A stretch of DNA of 41,966 nucleotides from Candidatus Geocrenenecus huangii (GTDB taxonomy: Archaea > Thermoproteota > Nitrososphaeria_A > Caldarchaeales > Wolframiiraptoraceae), in NCBI GenBank assembly GCA_023254095.1, contig JALNLM010000008.1:1-41966 (forward strand), in the 5' to 3' direction. Position numbers and translations under genes: made by a program. The notes below the pieces were generated by a model. It saw nothing but the letters and a program-made list of their open reading frames with translations, was not told where the DNA came from and did no database searches. Below are positions 27,638 through 36,905 of this stretch, one piece after another; within the stretch, counting starts at the first letter, position 1; each line of letters begins with the position of its first letter.

Positions 27638-27659
27638 TCTCCACTTGAACAAAAGGGGT
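27638..27659 (+). repeat. Origin recognition box ORB-3 abutting the cdc6 start
   Basis: TCTCCACTTGAACAAAAGGGGT immediately before TTG 27660. Confidence 0.8.
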
Positions 27660-28907
27660 TTGGAGGATCCTTTACGGGACGTTGTTAATAAGGCTTTACA
27701 GAGACCTAAAATCTTCAAAGATAGGCAAGTTATGCGTTCAGATTACATCCCTGGAAATCTTCCTCACAGGTCTGAACATATTAGAAGGCTGGGAGAGATT
27801 CTTTCTCCATCTCTACGTTTCTCTAGAGCAAGTAACGTTTTCATCTATGGTAAGACTGGTACAGGGAAGACGGCCGTCGTTAAGTATGTCTTCAAAAGAT
27901 TTAAGGAGGTCGCCGACCTCGAGAGGTTGCCACTACAGTTCTCTTACATTAACTGTCGTATTGCTGGAACAGAATATCGAGTACTTGCTGAACTATGTGA
28001 TTCAATCGGTGTTAGAGTACCCTTTACAGGCTTGTCTAAAGCAGAGGTATTCAATAGGTTTAGGAGTTCACTGAAGGAGAAGAACATGTTCTTGATAACA
28101 TGCTTAGACGAGATAGATGTACTAGTAAAAAATTATGGAGACAATCTCCTATATGAATTGACTAGAATTAATGAAGGCTTTGAGGCTGGAGGATTAAATC
28201 TTGTCGGTGTATCGAATGACCTCCACTTCAAAGAGCTACTAGACCCAAGAGTACTGAGTAGTCTAAGCGAGGAGGAACTCGTCTTCCATCCATACACTGC
28301 ACTAGAGTTAGTCGACATACTGATGGAGAGAGCGGCCATGGCCTTCTATCCTGAGGCGGTCCCAGAAGAAGTAATCAGACTGTGCGCTGCCCTCGCAGCA
28401 CAGGAGCATGGAGATGCTAGGAGGGCTATAGATCTACTAAGGGTTGCAGCCGAGATAGCTGAGAGGAGCGGGGCCTCTGTGGTCGAAGAAAAACATGTTA
28501 GGTTAGCTCAGAACATGATTGAGAGAGGTAGAGTTTTCGAAGCATTATCTACACTTCCGCTTCACAGCAAGCTTGTTCTGACATCCCTATATCTCCTAGC
28601 GAGAAATAATGTGCAGAACTCTATGTCGGGATTACTCTACGAAGCCTACCGTCAAGTATGCTCTCTATTAGGTATAGAACCGTTAAGTGATAGAAGAGTT
28701 AGCACGCTTATATCAGAACTCGATATGCTAGGTGTTCTCAAAAGTGAGGTTGTAAGTATGGGCAGGTATGGTAGGTCTAGGAAGATAACACTCATGACAT
28801 CAATTGACGAAATTGAACAAGTGTTAGAGAACGACGACCTCCTTAAAACTATCTTGAAAGATGTGAAAAACCTATATACCGTCAAGAAAGAAGCCTCTAC
28901 TAAGTAG
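27660..28907 (+). CDS. cdc6: Orc1/Cdc6 replication initiator
   Basis: YIPGNLPHR, Walker A GKTGTGKT, YINC, Walker B LDEID, LDPRVLSSL, HGDARRAIDLLR, and wHTH with SMGRYGRS. Start moved from 27591 to TTG 27660 (xEDPL N-terminus). Confidence 0.95.
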   Translation: MEDPLRDVVNKALQRPKIFKDRQVMRSDYIPGNLPHRSEHIRRLGEILSPSLRFSRASNVFIYGKTGTGKTAVVKYVFKRFKEVADLERLPLQFSYINCRIAGTEYRVLAELCDSIGVRVPFTGLSKAEVFNRFRSSLKEKNMFLITCLDEIDVLVKNYGDNLLYELTRINEGFEAGGLNLVGVSNDLHFKELLDPRVLSSLSEEELVFHPYTALELVDILMERAAMAFYPEAVPEEVIRLCAALAAQEHGDARRAIDLLRVAAEIAERSGASVVEEKHVRLAQNMIERGRVFEALSTLPLHSKLVLTSLYLLARNNVQNSMSGLLYEAYRQVCSLLGIEPLSDRRVSTLISELDMLGVLKSEVVSMGRYGRSRKITLMTSIDEIEQVLENDDLLKTILKDVKNLYTVKKEASTK

Positions 28908-29044
28908 TACTCTATAAATTCCAGTTTTATACAGGTGTGTTTATAAGTGTACATGTCCGTTGACATGGAGTGGCAAAACATCTTAATACGGTAATGGAAT
29001 ATTCTTAGTCTAGTCACGCTGTGTTCTAGGATGGTGTAAAGGAC

Positions 29045-30529
29045 TTGGAGTATCTCAGGAGGAGGCTCGTCGAAGAAGCTTTAAGAGAAGGATATAATCT
29101 AACTTCAGAGGCCATATCTATACTTGAATCACAGCAGAACCCTCTGGAGACGCTTAGATACATTATCAAGTATCTAAGGACAAGTAGACCAGAAGTAATA
29201 ATAGTTGACTCTAGCCACCTCAGAGAAGTAGGTTTAAAGGTTGTCGATGCTGGGTATGCCGTCTCAGATATAGTGATTGAGAAAGCTCCTCTAGAAGAAT
29301 GGATTCCGAAAATCGAAGTCGATGAAAGATTTCTAAGACATTACAAGATTAAAGGAGAGATAGACGAATTCCAAAACTATTTTAAGAATAGGTACATGAA
29401 GATCAAAAGTATTCTAGAGAAGAGGGGAGAACATTTCTCGAGGATAATCGACCTATTGAAGAATCCTAGGGGTAGTGAGGCCACATTAGCGGTAATACTG
29501 TTGGAGAAGATAGAGAAAGAGCAGTCGATAATACTTCGAGTTGAGGATGATACAGGTACAGCTAGACTCATGGCCCCTAAAAGAGACCTTGAGCTAGCTA
29601 AGAAGGCTGAAAGACTCGTAGTTGACCAAGTCTTCGGAGTCAGAGTCTCCAAGATAGATAATACCTTTATCGTTAGAGACGTCTTCATGCCAGATGTACC
29701 CATTAAGTGGAGGAATGTAGATGAAGAAAGTATTCCCGAAGTCTATATCGCTTTAATCTCAGACCTTCACATAGGCAGCAAGAAGTTTAGAAGAGATTTG
29801 TGGGAGAACTTCCTAGACTGGTTAAGCAACTCTCGTGACCCGGAAGTAAAAAGACTTAGATACCTGGTCGTAGCGGGAGACATCGTTGATGGAGTAGGAG
29901 TCTTCCCGAAGCAGGAGAAAGAGCTTGAACATACTTCGATTACGCAGCAAATAGAAGAAGCGGCTGGTCTCTTCTCAGAAATACCTAAAGAGATCAAGTT
30001 GATAATCTCCGTTGGAAACCATGACCCGGTGGTGAGGGCTCTCCCCCAGCCTCCTCTACCTGACAAGCATAGAAAGAAGCTGGAGAAAGACCGTGAATAC
30101 ATATTCGTAGGTAACCCTGCATATATCAAGGTTGAGAATAGAAGTCTACTCGTATATCACGGTCAAAGCCTAGACGATATTATACAGTATCTCCCAAACA
30201 TATCCTACTCTATGCTAGAAAGAGAGATCAAGAATGTTCTAGAAACCTTAATTCAATGTAGACATCTCGCACCTATATATGGCGAGAACACGCTTATCCT
30301 ACCCACTCAGGAAGACTTGCTAGTCATAGAAGATATTCCAGATATACTACATACTGGTCATGTACATGTTGCATACACTGGAAACTATCGTGAGGTAGTC
30401 TTGGTTAATAGTGGTACATGGCAGGAGCAGACAAGTTATCAGAGAGAAGTAGGCTTAGAACCGACAGTGGGAACAGTAGTCTTGTTAAACCTGAAAACGC
30501 TATCTGCCAAATTGAAAAAGTTTATGTAG
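29045..30529 (+). CDS. polD1: DNA polymerase D small (proofreading exonuclease) subunit DP1
   Basis: YFKNRY, OB fold with VEDDTG, and phosphoesterase motifs SDLHIGS, AGDIVDG, GNHD, HGQSLDD, RHLAP, GHVH, NSGTWQ. Confidence 0.92.
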   Translation: MEYLRRRLVEEALREGYNLTSEAISILESQQNPLETLRYIIKYLRTSRPEVIIVDSSHLREVGLKVVDAGYAVSDIVIEKAPLEEWIPKIEVDERFLRHYKIKGEIDEFQNYFKNRYMKIKSILEKRGEHFSRIIDLLKNPRGSEATLAVILLEKIEKEQSIILRVEDDTGTARLMAPKRDLELAKKAERLVVDQVFGVRVSKIDNTFIVRDVFMPDVPIKWRNVDEESIPEVYIALISDLHIGSKKFRRDLWENFLDWLSNSRDPEVKRLRYLVVAGDIVDGVGVFPKQEKELEHTSITQQIEEAAGLFSEIPKEIKLIISVGNHDPVVRALPQPPLPDKHRKKLEKDREYIFVGNPAYIKVENRSLLVYHGQSLDDIIQYLPNISYSMLEREIKNVLETLIQCRHLAPIYGENTLILPTQEDLLVIEDIPDILHTGHVHVAYTGNYREVVLVNSGTWQEQTSYQREVGLEPTVGTVVLLNLKTLSAKLKKFM

Positions 30530-30546
30530 AGGCGTAACAGCCAGTC

Positions 30547-32574
30547 TTACTTCCTGAAAACTATCTCTACGTAGCTTGTATCTGGTTTTATCTTCTTGAA
30601 TGGTGTACCTACTCCTTCATAGAATTTTGTAAAGAACTCGTATAGATGAAGCCTCAGAGATTGGATGAACACCATTAGCCCCTCTAAGGCCATGATCCCG
30701 AGGTTGCCGATTATAAGTATGGGTAGACTGGTCAATCCGAGTGCATGCCATGAAGCGTTCAGCAACATCAATAAAGCTGTGTGAACTAGGAACAGCACTG
30801 TTATCCTAACATAGCTAAGACTATTGGACATGAAGTGGATGATGTTCTCCAACACTTCTAGTAGTCCTCCCCCCATCAATCCGACTATCCCCCCTTTCTT
30901 CTGGATGATTCCTTCTATAATGGCTCTACCCAAGATTATTATGAACATGCTTGATACTGCTCCACCGATAGCGATTGGTGCAAGAGTTTTCGTAGGTATG
31001 CCGAGGTATGGTACAGGGTTTTCTGAAGAAGTTAATGTAGCCATATCTCCACCTGCTCCGAAGAAGCATAATGCGAAAAGTATGCCGAAAAGATACATTG
31101 TTATCGTTGGAAGCTTACCGGTTAATGCCTCAACGTACTCTCTATGTCTTAATGCTTTCCTAAAGCTTAGAGTATATCCTATCGTTAGATGCGTGGCCCC
31201 TAGGAATAACGTGAACTGAATAAGCTTGAGGACTTCAGACATGTTGAACTGGGTTGTCTCAGCATGTTCTTCAACCAGATGGAGTACTTCAGGCTTAGGG
31301 AATGGGAAATGTATCTTGAATCCGAATGCCTCTCCAATTATGAATCCCGCTATAGCCGCAGATAATCCTAAGATAGTGAGGAGCTTAGCCCATTCTCTGA
31401 GGCTGCCCTTAACTCTCCTATACATGTATAGACCGAACAATGCTAGCACGAGGCCTTGGCCTAAATCTGCAAACATTATACCGTAAAATATTGAGAAGAA
31501 TACTGCTATGAATGGTGTGGGGTCGATTTCATCGTTTCTAGGATATCCTTGGATCAATGTAATGTTCTCGAAGCTCTTAACTACGCCTTTATTGTTTAAG
31601 AGGGTTGGAGCATGATGCTCATGCTTCTCCTCCTCGAAGAATACTCCATATCTTTCCCCAAACCTTGATTCGAATTGTTTCTTCATATCTCTAGGAATAT
31701 ATCCATTTATGATTCTAAACCTCTTCAGACCGCTTTTTCTCCCAAGCCTATCTAGAAGTTCTTCGACTACACGTACAGCCTCTCTCAAAGCCACGATTCT
31801 TGGTCCAGCTTCTTCTTTAATCTTCTCAAGTTCTTCTTCGGCCTTCTTTAATTCTTCTTCCAGCCTCTTCTTTTTCTCAACAACTAGATTATACGCCTCA
31901 TTGAGATCCTGTGGAAAATCTGAGGGTATGGTGAATGGCTTGATGCCGAATCCTCTTAGAACTCTATCGACTTTTTCTTCATCCTCTCTCATGGATACTA
32001 TTAGGAGACCTGCTAGATTTTTACTCACCGGAGCATCTATTACGTAGGATGCAGGTAGACTTCTCTTAATCTCGTTTATGGCCCCCGCCTCAGCTACCGT
32101 GAAGACGACATAGAATCTTTTGAGCTTCTGGATCCTAGCGGGATCTATGTCGAAGTTGAGCAGAGTCTTTAAGGTTGAATAAAGTGTTTCCAACTGTTTA
32201 AGTTCTTCTCTATTTCTTCTCTGAATCTCCATGGAATCCTTAGCTTGGCGTATAAGTGGCTCAGCATCGTTCTCCAGCTTCCCCACCAGGTCTTCAACAT
32301 CTTCAACCTCTATCTTCTCTTTTTGGACGCGGTATTTCCCAACAAGTTGAACCAGTATCCCGGCTTCTACAGATATGTTGAGTGAAGATATCAAGGTATC
32401 GAGCTCTAGACCGAGTTTTCTCAAATCATCATGGACTTTTACTATCTTCTCATCTAGCCCTGTTTCTTTTTCCTCAACGTGGAACCATTCAAAATCATAA
32501 AGTTCTCTAATAACCTCGGTAATCTTATACTCTGGAACTATCACAATAGTCTTCACAAGCTCGGTTAATCCCAA
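30547..32574 (-). CDS. atpI: A/V-type ATP synthase subunit I (a)
   Basis: GYIP, EIDPT, FYGIMFADLGQG, SNSLSYVRI, QSLRLHLYEFFTKFYEG. Start moved to TTG 32574 (GGAG upstream). Confidence 0.93.
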   Translation of the reverse strand: MGLTELVKTIVIVPEYKITEVIRELYDFEWFHVEEKETGLDEKIVKVHDDLRKLGLELDTLISSLNISVEAGILVQLVGKYRVQKEKIEVEDVEDLVGKLENDAEPLIRQAKDSMEIQRRNREELKQLETLYSTLKTLLNFDIDPARIQKLKRFYVVFTVAEAGAINEIKRSLPASYVIDAPVSKNLAGLLIVSMREDEEKVDRVLRGFGIKPFTIPSDFPQDLNEAYNLVVEKKKRLEEELKKAEEELEKIKEEAGPRIVALREAVRVVEELLDRLGRKSGLKRFRIINGYIPRDMKKQFESRFGERYGVFFEEEKHEHHAPTLLNNKGVVKSFENITLIQGYPRNDEIDPTPFIAVFFSIFYGIMFADLGQGLVLALFGLYMYRRVKGSLREWAKLLTILGLSAAIAGFIIGEAFGFKIHFPFPKPEVLHLVEEHAETTQFNMSEVLKLIQFTLFLGATHLTIGYTLSFRKALRHREYVEALTGKLPTITMYLFGILFALCFFGAGGDMATLTSSENPVPYLGIPTKTLAPIAIGGAVSSMFIIILGRAIIEGIIQKKGGIVGLMGGGLLEVLENIIHFMSNSLSYVRITVLFLVHTALLMLLNASWHALGLTSLPILIIGNLGIMALEGLMVFIQSLRLHLYEFFTKFYEGVGTPFKKIKPDTSYVEIVFRK

Positions 32575-32838
32575 AGAGGATCTCCCTTGACCTTCTAAAA
32601 TCGTTAAAATGATTGCACAATATAAACGCATCTTATAATGGAAATATGAATCTTCAATAATTCCCCCGTTTGACATGTCTGTGAAGATGGTCGAATTGAT
32701 GGATCTGGAGACAATTATAAGTTTTCCCCATTCTGGCGCTTCATTCATAATCGAAGCTGAGCATCGACGAGGAGAGTAGCATGCATATAAAGAATCCATA
32801 AATATAGATAATTGGATTCTGAGAGATGCTGAGATGTC

Positions 32839-33135
32839 TTGAAGGTAGTAGCTATTGGAAGTAAACCGTTTATTTCAGGTTTTAGGCTCTCAGGTGTTGG
32901 AGGCATAGAAGTTAGTACACCCGAAGAATTAATTAAGGAAGTCGAGAGAAGCATAGTTAAAGGAGACGTCGGCTTAATAATACTAGATGAAGACCTGTCT
33001 AAATATGTTAGAGATAGATTAAATAGGATTAGAGCTGAAAGACCAATCCCGCTAATATATGAGTTGTCCGGGATTAAACTCGGAAAGGAAAAAATAGATT
33101 ATAGGGCAGCTCTTAGAAAGATTCTGGGAGTCTAG
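32839..33135 (+). CDS. atpF: A/V-type ATP synthase subunit F
   Basis: KVVAIG...GFRLSGV...DVGLIILDE...PLIYEL...RKILGV. Confidence 0.9.
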   Translation: MKVVAIGSKPFISGFRLSGVGGIEVSTPEELIKEVERSIVKGDVGLIILDEDLSKYVRDRLNRIRAERPIPLIYELSGIKLGKEKIDYRAALRKILGV

Positions 33136-33224
33136 CTTCTCTACTTACTCATCGGTGAATGATATACGTAACAATATAAATTGTAGTGTTGTAATACAGG
33201 TTTGAGGAGCGTGTAGCATATTCT

Positions 33225-33821
33225 ATGAGTGGCTTAGCTAGAGTAATAGATGAAGTTGCTGAAAAAATTATAGAAAGGATTGAATCTTCCTTCCAGGAAT
33301 TATCGGGAGAAGTCAGGAAGCTTATCGAGAATGAACGTGGAGAAACCTTGAAGATCGTTGATGAGATGGTCGAGCAAGCTGATAAGAGAAGTGAGATGAT
33401 AAAATCTAGGGTGCTCAGCTTGAGTCAGGTAAAGATTAGAGGGAGGAAACTCGAGCAACTGGAAGAATGCGTAGATGAAGTAATCAAGGAGGTCTTAAAA
33501 GTAATAAGAGAGAAAGCGTCTAGAGGAGAACTAGACGAATATCTTGAGAAAATGCTTGAGGAAGCTGTAGACATAGTTAACGCTAGAAAAGTGAAAGCAT
33601 ACACTAACACTCTTCTCAGAGAGAAGTTGAAGAAGTTTTCAGAGAAGGTATTAAGCGAGAGAGGCATCGAGGTAACCATTCAAGAAGAGCCCGTTGAGAC
33701 AGTATTCGGAGTCATAGTTAAAAGCATAGACGACCTAGTCAGCTACGATAATACAGTCGAAGCGAGACTAGAGAAGATGAAGCCGCAGATAAGAAAAGCA
33801 GTGGCCACACTTATATCATAG
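33225..33821 (+). CDS. atpE: A/V-type ATP synthase subunit E
   Basis: Long N-terminal helix and C-terminal GVIVKS...YDNTVEARL...IRKAVATL. Confidence 0.85.
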   Translation: MSGLARVIDEVAEKIIERIESSFQELSGEVRKLIENERGETLKIVDEMVEQADKRSEMIKSRVLSLSQVKIRGRKLEQLEECVDEVIKEVLKVIREKASRGELDEYLEKMLEEAVDIVNARKVKAYTNTLLREKLKKFSEKVLSERGIEVTIQEEPVETVFGVIVKSIDDLVSYDNTVEARLEKMKPQIRKAVATLIS

Positions 33822-33866
33822 ATAGAGGGCAGTATAGAAATTCTTAATTAATTCCGTAAAGAAGGT

Positions 33867-35558
33867 TTGAGTAAAATGAGTGAACGGAGATTGAAGCATA
33901 GGAGTAGTGTTCTTACGGAAGGCATAGAACGTGCTCCGCATCGTGCTCTTCTAAGAGCTCTCGGCTTATCAGACCGGGAATTCTCTAAGCCCATGATCGG
34001 TATAGCTAATTCATGGAACGAGGTAGTCCCGGGCCACATCCATCTAGACAAGATTAGTAGGAAGATTAAGGAAGGTGTAAAGGATGGTGGAGGAACCCCA
34101 CTCGAATTCAGCACTATAGCTGTATGTGATGGCTTAGCGATGGGACATGAAGGTATGCGCTTCAGTCTCGTCAGTAGAGAGGTGATCGCAGATAGTGTTG
34201 AAATAATGGTCGAAGCACATAAATTTGACGCGTTCGCCGCTCTTTCAAGCTGTGACAAGATTGAACCTGGCATGATGATGGCTATCGCCCGTCTAAACAT
34301 TCCATCGATATTCTTGAACGGTGGACCAATGTGTGCAGGAAAACTAGGAGATAAGAGATTAAGTACGGGAGAAGTATTCGAGGCCGTTGGAAGATACTTT
34401 ACGGGGAGGATGACTCTAGAAGAATTAAAGCTTATCGAGAGATATGCTTGCCCAGGACCAGGGTCTTGTGCTGGACTGTATACTGCCAACACTATGGCCA
34501 TACTATTTGAAGCGCTTGGAATGATTCTTCCAGGAGTCTCAACTATACCTGCCGTAGACTCGAGGAGGCTTGAAGCAGCATACAATACAGGGCTGGCTCT
34601 CATGAATATGCTTGAGGTAGGCTTGAAACCTCGAGACATCCTCACGTTTGAAGCATTTGAGAACGCTATAGTTGTTGACGCGGCTATGGGTGGATCGACG
34701 AACGCCATCTTACATCTCTTAGCTATAGCTAGAGAAGCAGAAGTAAAGCTCACGCTAGATGATTTTGATAGATTAAGTAGGAAGACGCCCTACATCGTAG
34801 ACTTGATCCCTGGAGGAAGACATCCTGTAGAAGACCTCGATAGAGTTGGAGGTCTACCAGTAGTAATGAAGAAGCTTCTACATTCAGGGCTTATAAACGG
34901 TGAAGCGTTAACAGTAACAGGAAAAACAGTTAAACAGAATCTAGAAGAATTCCAGCCTCCGGTAAGAGAAACAGGCGATGTAGTTAGAGAAACATCTAAC
35001 CCGATCTCCAAGCATGGGTCTATAGTGATCCTGAGAGGCAATCTAGCGCCTGAAGGAGCAGTGGTGAAGATAAGCGGTGTAAAGTATCTAACCCATAGAG
35101 GCCCAGCCAAAGTATATAATTCAGAAGAGGAAGCGTTCAAGGCAGTAATAGATAGGGAGATAGAGCCGGGAGACACCGTAGTAATAAGGTATGAGGGGCC
35201 ACGTGGAGGGCCAGGTATGCGGGAGATGCTCTCGGTTACAGCAATACTCGTCGGTCAAGGCTTGGGAGATAAGGTAGCGCTAGTCACAGATGGAAGGTTC
35301 TCGGGGGCCACGAGAGGATTAATGGTCGGACATGTATCTCCTGAGGCAGCAGTCGGCGGCCCAATAGCAATTCTAAGAAATGGAGACACCATCATAATAG
35401 ACGTTCTAAATAGGAGGATCGACGTAGAATTGGACGAGAAAGAGATAAAGGAAAGACTTTCAAAATGGTCTACCGCGAAACCAAGATATACCTCGGGGAT
35501 ACTTGCAAGATACTCCAAATACGCTCTCTCATCATCTCTCGGAGCAGGCTTAGAATAA
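33867..35558 (+). CDS. ilvD: Dihydroxy-acid dehydratase
   Basis: [75 protein letters not shown]. True start may be ATG 33876. Confidence 0.96.
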   Translation: MSKMSERRLKHRSSVLTEGIERAPHRALLRALGLSDREFSKPMIGIANSWNEVVPGHIHLDKISRKIKEGVKDGGGTPLEFSTIAVCDGLAMGHEGMRFSLVSREVIADSVEIMVEAHKFDAFAALSSCDKIEPGMMMAIARLNIPSIFLNGGPMCAGKLGDKRLSTGEVFEAVGRYFTGRMTLEELKLIERYACPGPGSCAGLYTANTMAILFEALGMILPGVSTIPAVDSRRLEAAYNTGLALMNMLEVGLKPRDILTFEAFENAIVVDAAMGGSTNAILHLLAIAREAEVKLTLDDFDRLSRKTPYIVDLIPGGRHPVEDLDRVGGLPVVMKKLLHSGLINGEALTVTGKTVKQNLEEFQPPVRETGDVVRETSNPISKHGSIVILRGNLAPEGAVVKISGVKYLTHRGPAKVYNSEEEAFKAVIDREIEPGDTVVIRYEGPRGGPGMREMLSVTAILVGQGLGDKVALVTDGRFSGATRGLMVGHVSPEAAVGGPIAILRNGDTIIIDVLNRRIDVELDEKEIKERLSKWSTAKPRYTSGILARYSKYALSSSLGAGLE

Positions 35559-36743
35559 TTATCTTCTAAGAACCTTAGCTGAGGCCTGACTAACCTTATC
35601 TAGATACTCTTTCAAAGTGTATACTCTGAGGATTCCGTATATCTCTGAAGTGAACTTGAGGAGCGGCGAAATATACTCTCTCAATATCGTCTTTCCTTCT
35701 TCCTCCACGTAGAATTCTATTCTATCTTGGTCGACGTATGGTAAAGGAGGGATATACGGTGTATCTATCCAGACATATTTATTGGAAACTCCTGCCTCTT
35801 CAGCGATCAATTCTTCAATATTCCTTATTGCTTCTGCACTCCTAATCAATTCTAGATGCTCTTTTCTCTCGTGAGCTCTATACTCGTATGCAACCTTCGG
35901 TAGGACCCTGCTCTCTATTCTTCTAATTACTTCTCTGGTTTTCTCATTCTGACGCATTAGACACCATACAGTAAGGTCATCGTAGCCTAAATATTCTTCC
36001 ACACTCATTTGGGAGAAGTCGAGGAGGTCTCCAAGCATCTTAACGCCTCTTAGAAACATTGTCTGAGCAGCTCTAACAGTATGATGAAAGTATATGTTTA
36101 CGAAGCTTTGGTATCTCGCTATAGCTAGCTCTTCTAGTACTCCTAGAGCCCTAGTGCTTAACGCAACCTTGCCGTTGACAAGCCTACTCGTATATATTAT
36201 CCTAGCAATATCTATTACACCGTAGAATGCACCTGTGAAATAAGAATCTCTAAGTAGGAAATCTAGCTTATCAACATCTACAGGCCCACTAATAATGCTT
36301 CCGAGAGGATCTTCTTTCTCAAGAACTCTTTTAACATCTTTAACTGATACTCCGCATCCCTCAATAGCGTTAGAAACCTCATTATCTCCCAATATTCTTA
36401 AAGTCATATCTTCATGGCTTATCCCCTTCTCTCTAAGCAAGGCTTCTAGGAGATGTGAGTAAGGTGTATGGCCTATGTCGTGGACTAGCCCTGCGATAGC
36501 TAGGACTTGAAGCTTATACTCATCGAGTCCAAGTCTTTCTCCAAATATCCTGGCTAGATGCATGCATCCAAGAGAATGGTCGAATCGAGTATGCCTAGCG
36601 CCAGGATAAACCAGGTAAACGAAGGGCAGTTGACTTATTCTCCTAAGCCTCTGAAAAGCCGCTGAATCAACGATCCTCAACATATCTTCGTCTAGAATAA
36701 TGTATCCATGAACAGGGTCTTTGACCAGTTTAGATCGATCCAT
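35559..36743 (-). CDS. HD-domain phosphohydrolase (SAMHD1/dNTPase-like)
   Basis: KDPVHG, FQRLRRISQL, HTRFDHSLG, HDIGHTPYSH, DVDKLDFLLRD, YFHHT. Confidence 0.92.
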   Translation of the reverse strand: MDRSKLVKDPVHGYIILDEDMLRIVDSAAFQRLRRISQLPFVYLVYPGARHTRFDHSLGCMHLARIFGERLGLDEYKLQVLAIAGLVHDIGHTPYSHLLEALLREKGISHEDMTLRILGDNEVSNAIEGCGVSVKDVKRVLEKEDPLGSIISGPVDVDKLDFLLRDSYFTGAFYGVIDIARIIYTSRLVNGKVALSTRALGVLEELAIARYQSFVNIYFHHTVRAAQTMFLRGVKMLGDLLDFSQMSVEEYLGYDDLTVWCLMRQNEKTREVIRRIESRVLPKVAYEYRAHERKEHLELIRSAEAIRNIEELIAEEAGVSNKYVWIDTPYIPPLPYVDQDRIEFYVEEEGKTILREYISPLLKFTSEIYGILRVYTLKEYLDKVSQASAKVLRR

Positions 36744-36905
36744 CTCAGACCAACAAATAATCAGCTACAGAAGGTATAAAAGAATACTGCACCGTTTGAT
36801 GAGAATGCTGAAGAAGATGTTGATGGGATATATGGAGAACATTCGCTTAGAGACGATATCCGTGGAGGAAAAAATTATATTAGCATCCAAGCAGATAAAT
36901 AAAAT

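Larger units (their letters stand above)
27278..27659. other. Chromosomal replication origin (oriC) upstream of cdc6
   Basis: Three 22-bp ORB boxes with G-strings in a long intergenic region directly 5' of cdc6. Two are inverted and face each other across 148 bp. Confidence 0.88.

Noticed and set aside
28919-28940. ORB-like TTCCAG sequence downstream of cdc6
   Set aside because: It lacks the GGAAA half-site and the G-string.
32575-32799. 75-aa N-terminal extension of atpI, or a hidden subunit H gene
   Set aside because: The translation is not coding-like, an SD-supported TTG exists at 32574, and no E/K-rich helical ORF is present.
33848-34753. 301-aa antisense ORF inside ilvD, and the many other antisense or nested ORFs in the track
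   Set aside because: These are shadow frames of well-supported genes, Ser/Pro/Leu-rich and without motifs.
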